A stretch of DNA of 60,036 bases, filler included, from Platydemus manokwari (lineage: Eukaryota): assembly GCA_037951405.1 (NCBI GenBank). It is 6 parts of 6 records of this genome, joined end to end, with 100 filler letters (N's around TTAATTAATTAA, not from the genome) between each part and the next. Parts side by side here need not be neighbours in the genome. Positions count along the whole stretch, not along the records: positions 20,750 to 29,999 come from JBBMOY011277539.1; positions 30,100 to 38,988 come from JBBMOY011334206.1; 4 more parts are not named here. The stretch is one strand, 5' to 3'. Position 1 is the first letter of the stretch, and the number at the start of each line of letters is the position of its first letter. This document shows, one piece after another, positions 25,250 to 39,088 of this stretch. The notes beneath the pieces are model-generated. The model was given only the letters and a program-made list of their open reading frames with translations, was not told the origin of the DNA and made no database searches. Both the position numbers and the translations under genes were made by a program.

Positions 25250-25660
25250 AATGCGTGCTGCTTAGGTGATCGGTCAAGCCTCTCAAATAAAAAAGAAAGT
25301 GGGGAACCAAGCAGTAGTGACTTATTGGATTTTAAATGACCAGAATGCTAAAACTAGCTTTTATTTAACAAATAAAAATTTAATAATTGTCTTGAAATAA
25401 TTCTGTTTGAAAATATTTTAATTTACCTTATCAAACGGATAGGGATAATTTCACTTCAATAATCGTTCAATTAATATGTAATCGCAGTATTGTGTAAAAA
25501 TCCGCTTGAATATGTTGTAAAATTATACAAAAGTAATTTTCGAAATTAAGTGAGTTTGAAAAATTTGTAATAAATTCTGCTCGTGAGAAATTGTGCTTAT
25601 AATATTGTGCGATGAATGACTACTGTCGCTGTTTTATTTAGTATTTGCATGTTGGTGTAA
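25250..25660. repeat. Unclassified dispersed repeat, related to 50830-51170
   Basis: Shared blocks cttaggtga..gaaagtggg.aacca..gctaaaactagct and ttgtgctt..aatattgtgcg..aatga. Confidence 0.65.
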
Positions 25661-26939
25661 TGCATGCGTCTTGTTACTATTTTTAGTAACATTTTATGGT
25701 TAGTAGTACATGTTACTATTTTTATTTCATTACTTATTTTTAGTAATATTTGTTGTTATCTCGGTTTTTCATACAATACGATCATAAAACTATGCTCAAA
25801 ATACAATTTTTTAATCTGGATATATAAGAGTCGTGTTCTAAGAACATTTCGCAATTGGTTCATGTACCAAAACTTCTACCAGACTCTTACATTAGATAAG
25901 TAAAAATGTAAAGTATAATTAATGATCTGATATCAAATAAATGAGGTCCACATAAGATCTAATCTGATTTAACATTATTTTCGACTTTGTATTGCTTGAT
26001 TCCCAACTAATATTCCATATGTGGAAAAAGGAAATAAAAAATAAAGTAACAATCTAACCATACTAATAGATTAATGTCAAACACTTCCAAACAAGCCTTT
26101 CTCATATTGCCTTCTCTCAAATACACTGCTCGTTGTCTTTTTATCATTTTGAAATTTATTAGATCTTTTCCATTCTCATCTGTGACTCCTACAGTTAGTG
26201 AAGATCTTGAATTTTTATTTATCAAGACTAATTTATCAAGACAAATGCAAAGTTTTTAAAGAAATTAGGGAAGTATTTACAAGAAGGATATTGGGAGGCC
26301 ACGACATTAAAATATTCAGCGTCCAGTGTCCACTAATAAATAGAAGTTCCGGAGTAATGTGCAGCTCTCGTTTTTCGGCATTTAGACTTCAGAATCAAAC
26401 ATAATGGTGAATTTTACAAATTACGGAATTTAGCAGCAAAAGCGTTCTAGAAATGAATTCATTCCTGCTTAAAAGATGAATTAAATAGGAAACTGATGGT
26501 AAGTAAAGCATTCATCGATTACCAGCATATATAAAGATTGGCACTTAAAGACTAACACAGAAGAAATTTCGCTCACATTTATTTATTATAATTTACATTT
26601 TCCCTATACATATCTATTTATATTTTATATTTCATCCCCATTTATAAATTTTATTATAATTCTATTCATTATTATTAACAAAAATATAATTTTTCCATCA
26701 TAGATTTGTATTATATTTATCCAATAAATTTTATACTTCAAAAACTGTTTTACATATTCAAAAATGAAATTATCAAATCCTTTAAATATTTTAGAACATA
26801 TTTCCGATAACATCATCTGCATACATGTTGCTGAAGCCTTCTACAGTCTGTAATATTAAGAAACCAACAACATAAAAAAATATAATATGACATCATTAAC
26901 AAACTCATTAATATATTTTTGTATGAACTGTTGGTTTAT

Positions 26940-27990
26940 TTGAACAATGAAAATCTCTTTCCGGAATCTGATGTGGTGATATAATCAGAAAGATATCTAA
27001 AACACTTCAATAGATTATACATCAACATACCAGAAGATCCTTCAACGTGATTTCCAGTTCGAATGACAAATATATGTTCTCTAATATATTCATGCCTAAC
27101 CAAACAATTCATTGGATAATCCTCCATCACAACTACAATATGTTGTATTACACTAAAATCTGCCTCCTAGTATCTCGAACTCTCTTAAAAGAATTAAATT
27201 TCATTTTATTTAAATATAATACAAAATTTTCAAAAGAAATCTCACATCAATATCTTTACAATTTTTCACAACCGAATTTCACATTTCTGTCATTGACTTC
27301 CTAAATTTATTACACTACTTCTCAAAATCTAAGAACAAAATAATTTCGTCAGAATTAAAAATTTTACAGCTGTCCATCGCTGTTTTTCAAGGCTTCCTCT
27401 AAGTCTCCTCAAAATTCATAATACAATTTCCCAATTTTTAATTGCAATACCTCGATTTGTCCTTAATATTCTCGAATCTCATTTTACTATCTTCGTTTGT
27501 TAACTTCAACAAATTATTTAGTTTCCTGAAATTTATCCTAATCTATCAATTCAGGGTATGACCGTATCGAATTCCTACTTTGATAAATATCCTAAATATT
27601 TAACATCTTTTAAGAGTTGGTTTTTGCAACTTCCTCTTATTTTTAGATATAATCTAGCAATATGCTCAAAATTACCACTTGTAAAGCATTTAACATTACC
27701 GTTGATGTTAACTGCCTTTCTGTCAATGTTGAAAAATGGTATGAAAAATCTCCAGTTGTTTCCCTGCATTTTGAGCTTTTGTGAAGAATTTCTATCTCGT
27801 TATGCGATTTATGTCTCATTTAATCAATTTTTCAAATACAACATCCTTCATGGCCAACCAATTTATTATGTTTCGTCGACGATTTCGTTGAGGCAGTAGT
27901 TAAATCATCGTCCTCCCCGTCCTTTTGTATGCAGAGGCATCCATCAAAAGTGAAATTGGTCGTGAAACTGAAGAGGCTTAACTATGGGTC
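26940..27990 (-). mobile_element. Retroelement RT remnants (Penelope-like and LINE-like)
   Basis: TNFTFDGCLCIQKDG at about 27918-27962 (PLE RT motif). VKYLGY at about 27585-27605, followed by FRKLNNLL..KMRF. Confidence 0.4.
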
Positions 27991-28249
27991 TCTCGATTAT
28001 CTAGATAAATTCGAATGTTTCAATTTTGGCTTACCAATAATTGTTCTATTAGTAGCACTTAAGGTTATTGAAGCCTTAATTATATCACAAAGTGCTTAGC
28101 AATACTAACATAACTCAAAATAAAAGCATTGTAATAAATGGGTTTCATCTGTCTATGACTAAATCGTAACTGGAAAAAATCTAAATTTCCAACATGATTT
28201 ATAATGAGAAAATGTTATGTTTTATGTGCTGAAATTTTATTCGATTATC

Positions 28250-28445
28250 CGTTATTCACTATTCTAATTGGATTTATTGATTTATTGTTACCAGGATTGG
28301 TCAATTCCTGTGTATGCATAGTCATGCAGACATGCATTTTATTAAATTGAAATCTTTGTCTTATGTGTCTTTCGATCGGTATATTATCGTGTCTGTATAA
28401 CTTTGAAAGCATGCAGGTGCATAAATTGTTAAAATTAGGGTTAAA
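28250..28445 (-). mobile_element. Diverged member of the LINE 3' fragment family
   Basis: Encodes LHDYAYTGIDQS, matching AHNNTHIGIDQS of the 11.8-kb copy. It also has nucleotide similarity to 33790-33925. Confidence 0.5.
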
Positions 28446-28482
28446 AAGTTCCAAAGGTCGTTAATTAAATTTAAGTCTTTTG

Positions 28483-28499
28483 GCAGTCGAAAGGGTTAA
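28483..28499. mobile_element. piggyBac-like terminal repeat
   Basis: GCAGTCGAAAGGG|TTAA. The reverse complement (TTAACCCTTTCGACTGC) resembles the terminus at 8893. Confidence 0.45.
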
Positions 28500-29390
28500 A
28501 ATCATAATAAATTAAAAGTTGTCAAAATTATGATCAAAAATTAGGGAAAAATGTCCACTTATAAAAAAAATTAATACCGCGTGTCAGACAGCCCCGACTT
28601 TCATAATACATTGGAATTAATTACAAATTAAAGAATTTTAATTGATTAATGTTTCTGTGCGATTGATGCTAATATAAATATTTGGTCGAATAATTTTAAC
28701 TTAATAAGTTTAACTCAGACTCTACAATAAACTCTTCATAGTATCAATATTCAAAAAAATACATCAATTCCTAAATTCTCCATACGTTTATTCCAGTTAA
28801 CTTATTTCCTAAATAGTTCCTAAAGCAGTATCAGTCTCGCAATTCCTATTGTTAAAAAGCCTCCCGAATATCGTTTTCAAATGATAAATTTCCAATAGCA
28901 TTCGTCTCTGTATTTTAAAATCAGCCTAATAAAAATTTTTGCTGTGAAATACTATTTGATATTTCGGTATTAATGAATTTTTGGTGTTCCTATTTGATTA
29001 TCTTTGATTATTGTCTTTAAATATTTTTCGAGTGATCTTATGAAGCAATAAATAATAAAATCCAGATAATTATAATTATGAATAAAGGGTAAATTATATG
29101 CAAGTATAAAAGGAGTTACTTGAAATATCCAGAATTAAATTTGAAAATCTTTAAATAATAAATGAAAAGTTAAAATTAGTAATAAATATATACAATAAAT
29201 AATAAAATAATAATATCTAAGATTAAAAAATAGTGAAATAAATAATGAAATGATGAAACAGAATGATAAAATTTTGAATATTTTAAAATATATCGAAAAG
29301 TTACTTAGGATAAAATAGCGAAATTTCAAATTAAACCTATTTTTAGTAAGAGAATAAGTGAATAATTTCTCACACATTTGTTGGGAAAGT

Positions 29391-29738
29391 ATGGAGCGTC
29401 TTGTGCTCTATTCGGATAGCGAACAGAGCGAAGATGAGGATGAGAAGATCCCGTATTCAATTAAAACATACAGCGAATGGAGACAGCAACAACAGCTGTC
29501 CCAAGAGCATCAGCAGCCGCGGAAAGAACCCGAGTTTAAAAAACCCAAAACACCTCCAAAACAGTCCCAAGACGACCCGGAACGCCAAAGCCTGCAATAA
29601 TAATAAAACAAGGGGAAAATTGGTCCACCCAAAACTGGAGTGTGGACTTGGATGCCTGATGTCGATAGAGACCTCCGTCTAGAAAGGCCAAATCCCAATC
29701 CAATCCAATCCAATCCAAATCCCAATAACTGTTTATGA
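29391..29738 (+). pseudogene. GC-richer low-complexity ORF interrupted by TAA TAA
   Basis: MERLVLYSDSEQSEDEDEKIPY...RQSLQ**NKGKIGPPKTGVWTWMPDVDRDLRLERPNPN...CL*. Composition differs sharply from the flanks; product unknown. Confidence 0.45.
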
Positions 29739-29870
29739 ACATTGTGATTTATCTGAAATTTTTATCCTAATAACTGTTAAATTCTTATGAACATAACATT
29801 GTGATTTATCTATGAATTTTTTATTCCAATAACTGTTTATGAACATTTTGATTTATCTCTGAACATTTTG
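29724..29870. repeat. Short tandem repeat (about 3 x 45-60 bp)
   Basis: Unit aataactgtttatgaacattgtgatttatct..., preceded by a (ccaat)n tract. Confidence 0.8.
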
Positions 29871-29999
29871 GACGATCATTTTATTTTGATTATTCTGTAA
29901 ATATTAATTTGATGAATATTTTTAAATACATATATTATTATTTATAAAAAGAGTGAAAAAAGGTATTTTCAAATGTCAATAATTTAATAATAATTAATA

Positions 30000-30099
30000 N
30001 NNNNNNNNNNNNNNNNNNNNNNNNNNNNNNNNNNNNNNNNNNNTTAATTAATTAANNNNNNNNNNNNNNNNNNNNNNNNNNNNNNNNNNNNNNNNNNNN
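30000..30099. other. Artificial contig spacer
   Basis: N run with central TTAATTAATTAA. Confidence 0.98.
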
Positions 30100-30287
30100 C
30101 AAAGGACTCCTTTTCTTAACCTAAACCGAAATATCTAATCAATAATTAACAAGAATCACATGTTCAATCTAATTTAAGTATTAATTTTCAAATTTTATTT
30201 TCTTTACGAGAGAATCTTATTGTATAAATTTGGTAAAAAAATATTTTTGATAATTTTGATTTTAATGTTTTTTTCTTTTATATCTAG

Positions 30288-30407
30288 GAAATAACATATT
30301 TGATTTATTGGGTGATTTGTCACTGTATTCTAATCCGGCACCTAATTCTAATCATATGTCTTCGGCTGACAAAATCATTTCTCAGCTAAACGAACCAAAA
30401 CCCACAA
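30288..30407 (+). CDS. Candidate internal exon (120 nt, phase 1-1)
   Basis: Pyrimidine tract plus AG, open frame NNIFDLLGDLSLYSNPAPNSNHMSSADKIISQLNEPKPT, GTTAGT donor. Parent gene unknown. Confidence 0.45.
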
Positions 30408-30867
30408 GTTAGTTTTGTAAAATATTCTTTATTACTTTGAAATTCTTAAAAAATTGTAACAGCAGTTTATTTTGTTTGCTTAATATTATCCTAGTTATTA
30501 TTTTTAATATTGTAATATTATAATTAATAATGATAATTATTATGTTGAAATTGAAAACGTGTATATTTTAAACCATGAAATTTCGGTGCAACAAATTGTG
30601 ATAAGCATAATGTTTTACTAATAAATACTTATGATTTCGGAAAATTAGTTTTGCAGAGCTATTGTTAATTATAATTGGTAAAAGGTTTCCCTAAATTAAT
30701 TAAAAATAAGTCCTTCTATAACTATCGATTTAATTGCAAAGTAAAGGTTCATGATTAAAGCATCGTTATAGAATTATAGATAATCCGGATATAAATGTGT
30801 GTCACAAAATAATGGAAAATACTTTTATATAAGAATACTAAATAATATATATTTTATTTTCCTGTAC

Positions 30868-31480
30868 ATATATTGCTGTGATCAAATATAACCAGGAATT
30901 CTGTAATAAAAATCTTTATTTATTCTTCAAAAATCAATTTCATAGCCTCCAAAGTGATCCCTCTCAGATAATATATTAATGTCAACGCTTTCCATAATTA
31001 TCAAGGTTGTTGAAGTCGATTTCTGATATCTTCTTCAATACTTTTCGATTTGGCTGTTACCTCATCAATTGAGTAAAAACTATGTACCAGAATCTATTTT
31101 ATGAGTTTATTAAATATCCAAAAACTGCTTGGAGTTACTCAGACGAATATGATGGATGTGAGAAGATATCGTCAGCGTTTCTGTAACAGAAAATCTTACA
31201 TTGTATAGATCTGAAATAATATTTCCTATTTGGATAATGATTAGCATAACTTTTAACCAATGAAGATATTGACATGAAATGACACTGATGTCAGACAGTA
31301 TGACCATCCTAAAAATTTATTTATATTAATCGATAAACCCGAGAATTTTAATTTGAAATTTCCAAGTCATTTAAACATAATAGTATGTGTTTCAACTGGT
31401 AACCATGTGATCACATTGGCTTCCACGTCTCAAATCCAATCAGCTTTCATACTGAAGCTATTTCTTAAGTTCATTTGACA
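30868..31480 (-). mobile_element. Mariner transposon remnant (3' half and TIR)
   Basis: HPSYSSE (cf. HPPYSPDL), FYSIDEV and a KR*H..I.SEGDHF-type C-terminus (cf. KRWxKCIxxxGDYFE), followed by a TIR-like end near 30870-30900. Confidence 0.7.
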
Positions 31481-31877
31481 ATGTTTTAATACAATTTAAT
31501 CTTATAAAATATCTAATCTCTACTGCTAAATGTGTTCAATGATAATAATTTATTTAATTATATTATTCGTACCAATGAATCATGCGCAACAATATTTTAG
31601 AAAAACTATAACAGAAGATAAGGCAGTATTCTATATTTATTGAAAGATTATTGATATATTATGATTGAAAAAAGAATCGAGAAATGATTTGGAATTCTCC
31701 AAAATGTGTCTTTTTGATTGACTAATAATAAGTATTTCAAATAATCTGAATTTAAAGTTTTTTAAATTCAAATCGGAAATGATTTGTTCGAATTTGTTAT
31801 GGTAGGAATAGATTAGCTCTCATAGTTTAGATCTTCATGAATAGATTAGCAAAACCAAGAATATAAATGAGTCTGAT

Positions 31878-32084
31878 TACCGTATTTTCCAGACTATAAG
31901 GCGCACTATGAGTTGACTTATTAATATATTAAATTAAATTAAACATGTATATCAAGATTTAATGCTTTTTATCATCTAAAATGTCACATTCGCTTATATT
32001 AACATCATCATCATTTTTTTAATATTTCAGCTTTAATAAATCCTAACAATCTGTCTTGCGCCTTATAGTCCGGAATATACGACA
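31878..32084. mobile_element. Tc1/pogo-type MITE
   Basis: TA|CCGTATTTTCCAGACTATAAGGCGCA (31880-31905) and inverted TGCGCCTTATAGTCCGGAATATACG (32057-32081). Confidence 0.8.
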
Positions 32085-32358
32085 CTAGTTTTAAACTACT
32101 AGAACAACTGCATAAAGTCTAATCATATTTTTATGTAAAATTACAAAAACTGAAATAAATGTTAAAATTCAAAGTATTCAAACTTCAAAATTTAAAAGGA
32201 CATAAGTATTGATTAATATTATTTTACGTACCATCTAAACAAATATAAATATCATTTTTTATTTAATGTATTTAAATCAATTAGCGATATTGAAATTAAG
32301 TTCAGCCGGTTAATGAAAATATTGTTATTATATAACTGGTAAGTATTAACACTTTTAG

Positions 32359-35300
32359 ATAAGGAGATTTTCGTGCATCCAGATTTACCATTCTATATTC
32401 TAAATCAACATGGAACAATTCAATGCATTATAGATTATGATATAGTACTGCCATTTTTAGACACGTATGTCAGGATTGAAATGGATAATGTTAGTAATAA
32501 AATCGTCGTGTATTCAAATAAGATCACATACTTCAAAGCAACCGACCCAGGAATATATTTTCTAAGATGTAAATTGTACACTAAAATTAAAACTATAAGC
32601 GGACCTCCACAATCAACATCGTACCCTTACATTGTAAATGGTAATGTTATTTATTTTGTAATATATACATCTACATTTTTCTTTAGATACTTTGTTATCG
32701 ACTTATTCGAAAGAAGGTAAGATAAACTTTTTTCATTCAACATAGTTAAAAATTGTTATTCTAAATAATATACAAACATTTATTACTAAAAATGAATCTA
32801 CTCGCTCAGGTATTTGTAGGTGAGTTCCTTACGGGGCAACTCTCGTCTAAGTATCGCGGTTGCATAAGTTCCATCCATCGCAATGATAAATTTTATATAT
32901 TATTTACCAAACACATAATAATCCTTTTGTACTTGATTATGAAACATACTTTTTTTATCAGTTATTTGAAATCTACTCAGCTACCCATCACGTTGCAAGT
33001 GATGAATTAGTCTATCAGTGAAAATGAAATATATTTTAAATATATAGTCCAATATTAGTTATAGATTCTCCTGGAAATGCAAATCTAAGATATAAAGAAT
33101 CTTAGACAAAAATTTAAAATCCTTTCAATGAATTATGGACGCGAAATATCTTCGATTTCCGTGTTTATTGTGGATATTTTTTAAACTTTTACTAGAGTAA
33201 AATGCATTAAGATCTCTTTATTTTTCGTTTTCAAGGTTATTATTTTCAAATTTTAATAATCTCTTGTTCTACCAGTTCGTAAAAGTCATTTTTGACATAG
33301 CATTGCTAATAAACATAATAGACTAAGCGGAAGCACAGCATTTCCTGTTAGACACAAATCAATGAAATAATATCCTAATTTGATTCACGTGAATTTCTTT
33401 TTATATTTGGAACAAACAGCAATTTAAATAAACAGCGTTGATCGAGAAAGCGCTGAACGAGGCCTGGAACACAATCAAACCATAATTGTACTAATTTATT
33501 AGTAAAGTAAATATTTTAGAATATTATTAAGTATCAAGTTACATAGATTAAACTAATTTTTTCTGTTAATAAATAATTACAGGATTCTTTTTTGTAAAAA
33601 ATTGGTCAAAGTTGTTATTAAAAGAAACTCCAAAATAAATTGAACAATTAATTCAAAAAATCAGAAGTTAATATGAAACTCCATACCAAATGTTTCAACA
33701 CAATCAATAATGATTGTGAGAATTTTAAAGATTTTATAAATAATTTTTAATCACATAAAATAAAATAAATGATTAAAAATAACGATGCTTAAAACCCCTG
33801 TTTCAATATCTTACATACATAAACTACACAGCTATAAAGACACGATAACCGACTAATCAGAAGTAACAGAATGAGAATTTTAATTTTGAGAAATACATGA
33901 CTGCATGACGACGCATACACAAATCTAACGAATGAAAATTAATAACCATTATTAAAATAAAAATCTTTAATGATAGAAAGTTGATTAAAAAGGAAAATGG
34001 TTCAAATACTGGTAAAGGTTATTTGATTTATTGAACTCGGTCTGGGATTACAAGTAATAAGAACTTTAATTTATATCAAATAACATTTTAATATAAAATG
34101 ACTATTGAATTTGCATAATATAATAGACTCAGGCTTATGAAAGAAACTCCACAGGCATATTTTCAAGGGTACCAGTATATTCATTAGAATCATTTCAATT
34201 ATACATGCATAAGAAATTCAAAAACGCTAATTACAGATGTCATATAAGTTTCTTTTTACAAAAATAATCCATTAACTTTTATTTTGCTCTAGTGGCTTTT
34301 TTAGAACCCTTTTCAATATATATCAACAAAAGTTCATTTCATTACATCAATCATTCAATGGTTTGTGAAACAAATTCCAAATATTTAATGGATCGCTTAT
34401 CGTTGTTCACAGTTCACTGGGAAATCTCCCCACCGACTCCAGTAAAAGGAATTAATAACACCTTATTTATACCTTTGGACACTCCTCCGGGAACTTACTT
34501 GATTAAATGCACGTTTGAATATGATGTCTTCAAAGATGAATTCACACATAAACAGAGTCAATATTTTCAAAGTTTATTTGAATTAACGGGTAAGTTAATT
34601 ATTTTTAATATTTTCGAAATTTCTGATACTGTCAATTTTTGTAGTTAATTTTTTATTACAGAAATTTTAATTATAATTTTATTTGTAAATTTATTTCTAT
34701 AATAATTCTACTGGATATTATTTATAATTAAGGCGACAAAATAAAATTATTAATACTTTATTAATATTTTACTTATCTTTAACAGTTAAATCATTTAGCT
34801 ATTTTGGAATTTTCTATAAAACCGAATATAACTGTTTTGCAAACGGGAAATAGCATATGTTGCATTGCCAAGTTGTTAGTGAGATTTGATTTAACAATGT
34901 CGTTCAATGAAACGAGTATTTTTGATCACAAGTCGATTTGTATTGTCATACCAAGCATTTTTCCTACTCGTAGAGAGGTCATAAGTTGTAAACTAACGTA
35001 TAATCAACGTGATTTCTACATCTTTCACGAAGTGGTATTTATAAGTAAGTGTATGTTATTTCTATTTTATTTGATTATTATATGGTAGTCAAAGGCTAAA
35101 TAATTATAAACTAAATGATTTCAAATTCATTTTATTCAATCTAAATTTAATTATAATTTTTTCATTTATATTCAATTTTTTGTTAAGTTTTTAATCATAA
35201 GAAAAGTTAAACCATAATTATTTAATAGAATATTTTTATATCATAATAAAAAAATATTTCGAAATATTAGTCAATAACATATTCTAAAATCAGATTAATA

Positions 35301-35892
35301 ACTAACATTTTTAGAACAGTGATAAACTGAATTCACTTTCACAATCTTTATTTTTACTTTTTATACAATTATTTTGTTTAAGAATCAATTATTTTTCGTT
35401 ATTCAATTTTGAATTTCTTCAAAATCGAACTTCGTAATTATGTTAAAACAAAATAACAGTAAACAAAATCGGCTTTATTTTTATATGAATTAAAATAATT
35501 GGTCACACTAATTGGTAGTTCATAGAATCAAGGAAGTATGGATTAAATCCTTTATATTTCAGAAAATCCAAAACAATTGTATATAAAGCCAAGTAAACCA
35601 AAACTGGATAAAAATATCACATGTTTTCCATATGAAAAATACTTCAATTTTAAAAATTTAGATGGCATAAACTTTGAAATAAATTTATCAATTATTCAAC
35701 AGCCTATGAATGATATTTTAGAAAATATAATTCGCATTAACAACATATCTCTTTATGTTTCTCAGGATGGTAATCTTTTACTCAATGATTTCTTAAATAG
35801 TTTTGGTACTTACACTTTTTATTGTCATGCTGTTATTAGAATTTTGAATAATACTTTTATACTATCTAAAACAGAAAAAATTGAAATTGTAG
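32359..35892 (+). CDS. Multi-Ig-like-domain protein, partial (exons 32359-32640, 34293-34589, 34799-35044, 35563-35892)
   Basis: Four exons of 282, 297, 246 and 330 nt. All are AG/GT bounded, phase 1-1, and splice into one open frame. Each is beta-rich with a Cys pair; three end in G-x-Y-x-x-x-C (PGIYFLRC, PGTYLIKC, FGTYTFYC). Start and end exons were not found. Confidence 0.8.
33060..34060 (+). mobile_element. Decayed LINE-like element within an intron of the Ig-like gene
   Basis: SPG-like RT motif near 33067. The 3' part (33790-34050) is similar to the 28250-28445 and 11.6-12 kb copies (LHDDAYT). Confidence 0.4.
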
Positions 35893-36122
35893 GTAAGAAT
35901 TTGGTAATTTATATTAATATTATTAAATAATCACTTTTATTTTGGTGTTTGGTATGATTTTAAGAAGTTCATTGAGATGTTTTGTTACTAAGCCTTTATT
36001 TATAAGAGATTTGCATAACTTATTGACCTCTAATCAAAAGAAAGTTTGTTTTAAAAGATAAACTTTATTAACATATAAATGATATTTCGATATCTATGTC
36101 CGGGGTTTGCTATTATATAGAT

Positions 36123-36257
36123 CAGTGTTCTTCAAAAAGTGAAGGGAGCGCGACCCTCCAGTGGAGCCGCGAGAAATTTCGTTTTCGACACTGACTTATA
36201 TTAAGACAAAATATCAATCGAATTTTAAAGATCTGGAATTAGTACTGAAACCAACCA
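36123..36257. mobile_element. Partial copy of the hAT MITE
   Basis: Reverse complement of about 15010-15164; starts CAGTGTTCTTCAAA. Confidence 0.8.
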
Positions 36258-38988
36258 GACTTATAATTTCATCTGAATTGGGATGTCGGCTCACTAGTCG
36301 ATTTCTTGTTTTATATTTTCAGCGTGAAATATGATTTGTAGTTTTACAGCGTGTTTTTGGTTATTTTCATGTCTACCTATTGCTAGCTACAATCCTATAA
36401 TAAATAATAATCATAATTATTATGTACAAATTTTTACAAAGAAATCAGTATCAACATGACTGACTCCAATGTTAATATATAGAAAAATAGGTTTCTACTA
36501 CAGTGAACGCAACTCATGTGAACCAATTTTTAAAAAAACGTTTCTTATATAGAAGAGTTGCTTATAAGGAAAAAAGTAGTATAAAAATATGTACCCCCGA
36601 GAAAATATTTTTAGCTGTTCATTTGTACATTTCATCTAATTAGAACAAATTTTTTTAGTTTTATTTACAAATGATAATTATAATTTTATTTATAAACAAA
36701 TATTAAAATAAATAAATACATCAATTGTTGTTAAAATACATTTCCTAATTTAATACCATTAAAAAGTTAAATACAAATCTCCAATAATTTAGACTAATAA
36801 AATTATGGATTTAAACCTAAACCGAAATAGTTATGAAAGTTAAATATAGTTCGTTAAATATTAAACATTATATTATATTTAATACTTAGAAATTTTAATT
36901 TATGATATTTATGACAAAAATAATCAATGGTTTTCAAGGATTTATTATAATAACATAAAAATTTTCTCTCGTAACATAACTGGAAAATAACTGTAATCTT
37001 AGTCACTCGGAGTACCGATCGATACATGATTACAACAGGCGCTAAGGTGTTCTCTGTTCTTTGAATACAAATTCATCCATCCAATTCCAAAGCTATTCCG
37101 CATTTCACCGCTGGCTACGGCAAAATTCTAAAATAGAAAATATGATGTGTAAAATAATATGTAAATAAATTCGTCTTCTCGATCGAATTTTCTTCTGATC
37201 CTAAAATTAATATCTTGATCTGGAGCATATTTTGATTTTTCGTTTCTTGATGAATTTTAGATGAATATTGTTTCGTATGTATAAGAAACACGTAAATCAT
37301 CAAACAGTATAGAGATTGTGTCAATCGTTGTGAGAGATATAATGATATAGAAACCAAAATGCATTCACCGCGTCGTAATGTTATAAACGAAATAATACAA
37401 TTCAAATAAATATATTGGGGCATTTGTCAAATGTTCTTATCAATAATAGTTTAATTTTATTCATAATTTCTATTTACGATTTTAATTGAATGATGTTTTT
37501 TTACTATCGATTAGTTGGATCAATTAGAAGGTCACAATGGACTTGTTGAGAAGTTAAATCAAACAAATAACAAATTACGTGCAGAGATTGGTCATATGAA
37601 AAACCTCGTAAGTTGGAAAATGCAAATATAACCTTCACAAAAGTCACACCAATCATTGGTGCTATAATTGCGCATAATAAATATTTGACAAAAGCGTTTC
37701 CATTTGCATAAATCTTCGCTAGCTAGCTTAGTATCATGTTAATCAGCTTTAAATAATATATATATATATATAAATATATTTTTTGTTTAACACAATGATC
37801 ATATTAACATAATGATGTTCATCATTAAACATGTTATTGAAACTATATATCGTACCTAGATCCAGTTCAATGACCAATAACCCCCTAACGTTGGCAAGGT
37901 CGTAATTAAATTCAATATGTCAATATTATTGGCATTGTATATGTTTATGATAATATCATTATTCATTTGTTGTTTAATTTATGGAAAATATTAATACAAA
38001 AATCAATCTATTCAAACAAAACAAAAGGCCATTTGATACTTTTAATAATGTTCAATAATTGTTGAGTAATATTTTGGTCGATATTGTCGAAAAGAGATGC
38101 ATATTGATCCCAGATCGCATTTGTCCTGGATTTGTATTGAAACTATTACTGCCGATCTATATCTAATAATACGTACATGAGAGCGTTGATTGAAAATAAT
38201 GCTGTATTTTATAATTAAAATATTGGTATACAATGCATTTTTCGATTAATTGCACGCTATTTATTATTTTGTTTTTCAGTGAGTTTTATTATTATTCATT
38301 AAATATAATTAAATAATTAATATTTAATTTTTAATATGGCATTTTAAATTATTATTAATAACAAAATTTTTTACAAACAGGTAATAAATTATAGAAATCG
38401 ATGCACTGAATACGAGAACATCTTCCAAAGTTCTTCTAATGACAATAGCATATGTAACAGTTCCTTTGATAGAGTAATATCATTAAATGTTGTCATTGGA
38501 TGTTGTCAATGATATTTGTGTTTCGACTACATGGGCACATAAGTTTTTAGCACTGATTATTTATTATTATTAATATTATAATATTCTGTAAAATAGTGGT
38601 TGATGTTATACCTTTTCATCATTTGGTCCACAAATCAGAAAGCTAGAAAATCTTAATCTATTTCCCAAAATAAACACTCTACTTTTTATTTGTCAGTAAC
38701 TTAAATTGATACGATAAAATATGAAAATTGAAATCAAGTATGTTAATTACAAAAACAATTTGAATTCGATTAGAAATTTCGAAATTATTTTTATGTTTAA
38801 CGATATTAATATCTCGCAGATAATTAATTATTGATGGTTTATTAGTTCCTGACAAATAGAGTTGTTTGAAAATGATAACATCTCAATTTTATCTATTTAA
38901 AGAAATCTAATCTAACATTATTCAAAAAGAGTATTCAAGTAGAATAAATTTTAGTATTAGTTTTTATTAATTAGTTTGATATAGATGT

Positions 38989-39088
38989 NNNNNNNNNNNN
39001 NNNNNNNNNNNNNNNNNNNNNNNNNNNNNNNNTTAATTAATTAANNNNNNNNNNNNNNNNNNNNNNNNNNNNNNNNNNNNNNNNNNNN
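38989..39088. other. Artificial contig spacer
   Basis: N run with central TTAATTAATTAA. Confidence 0.98.
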
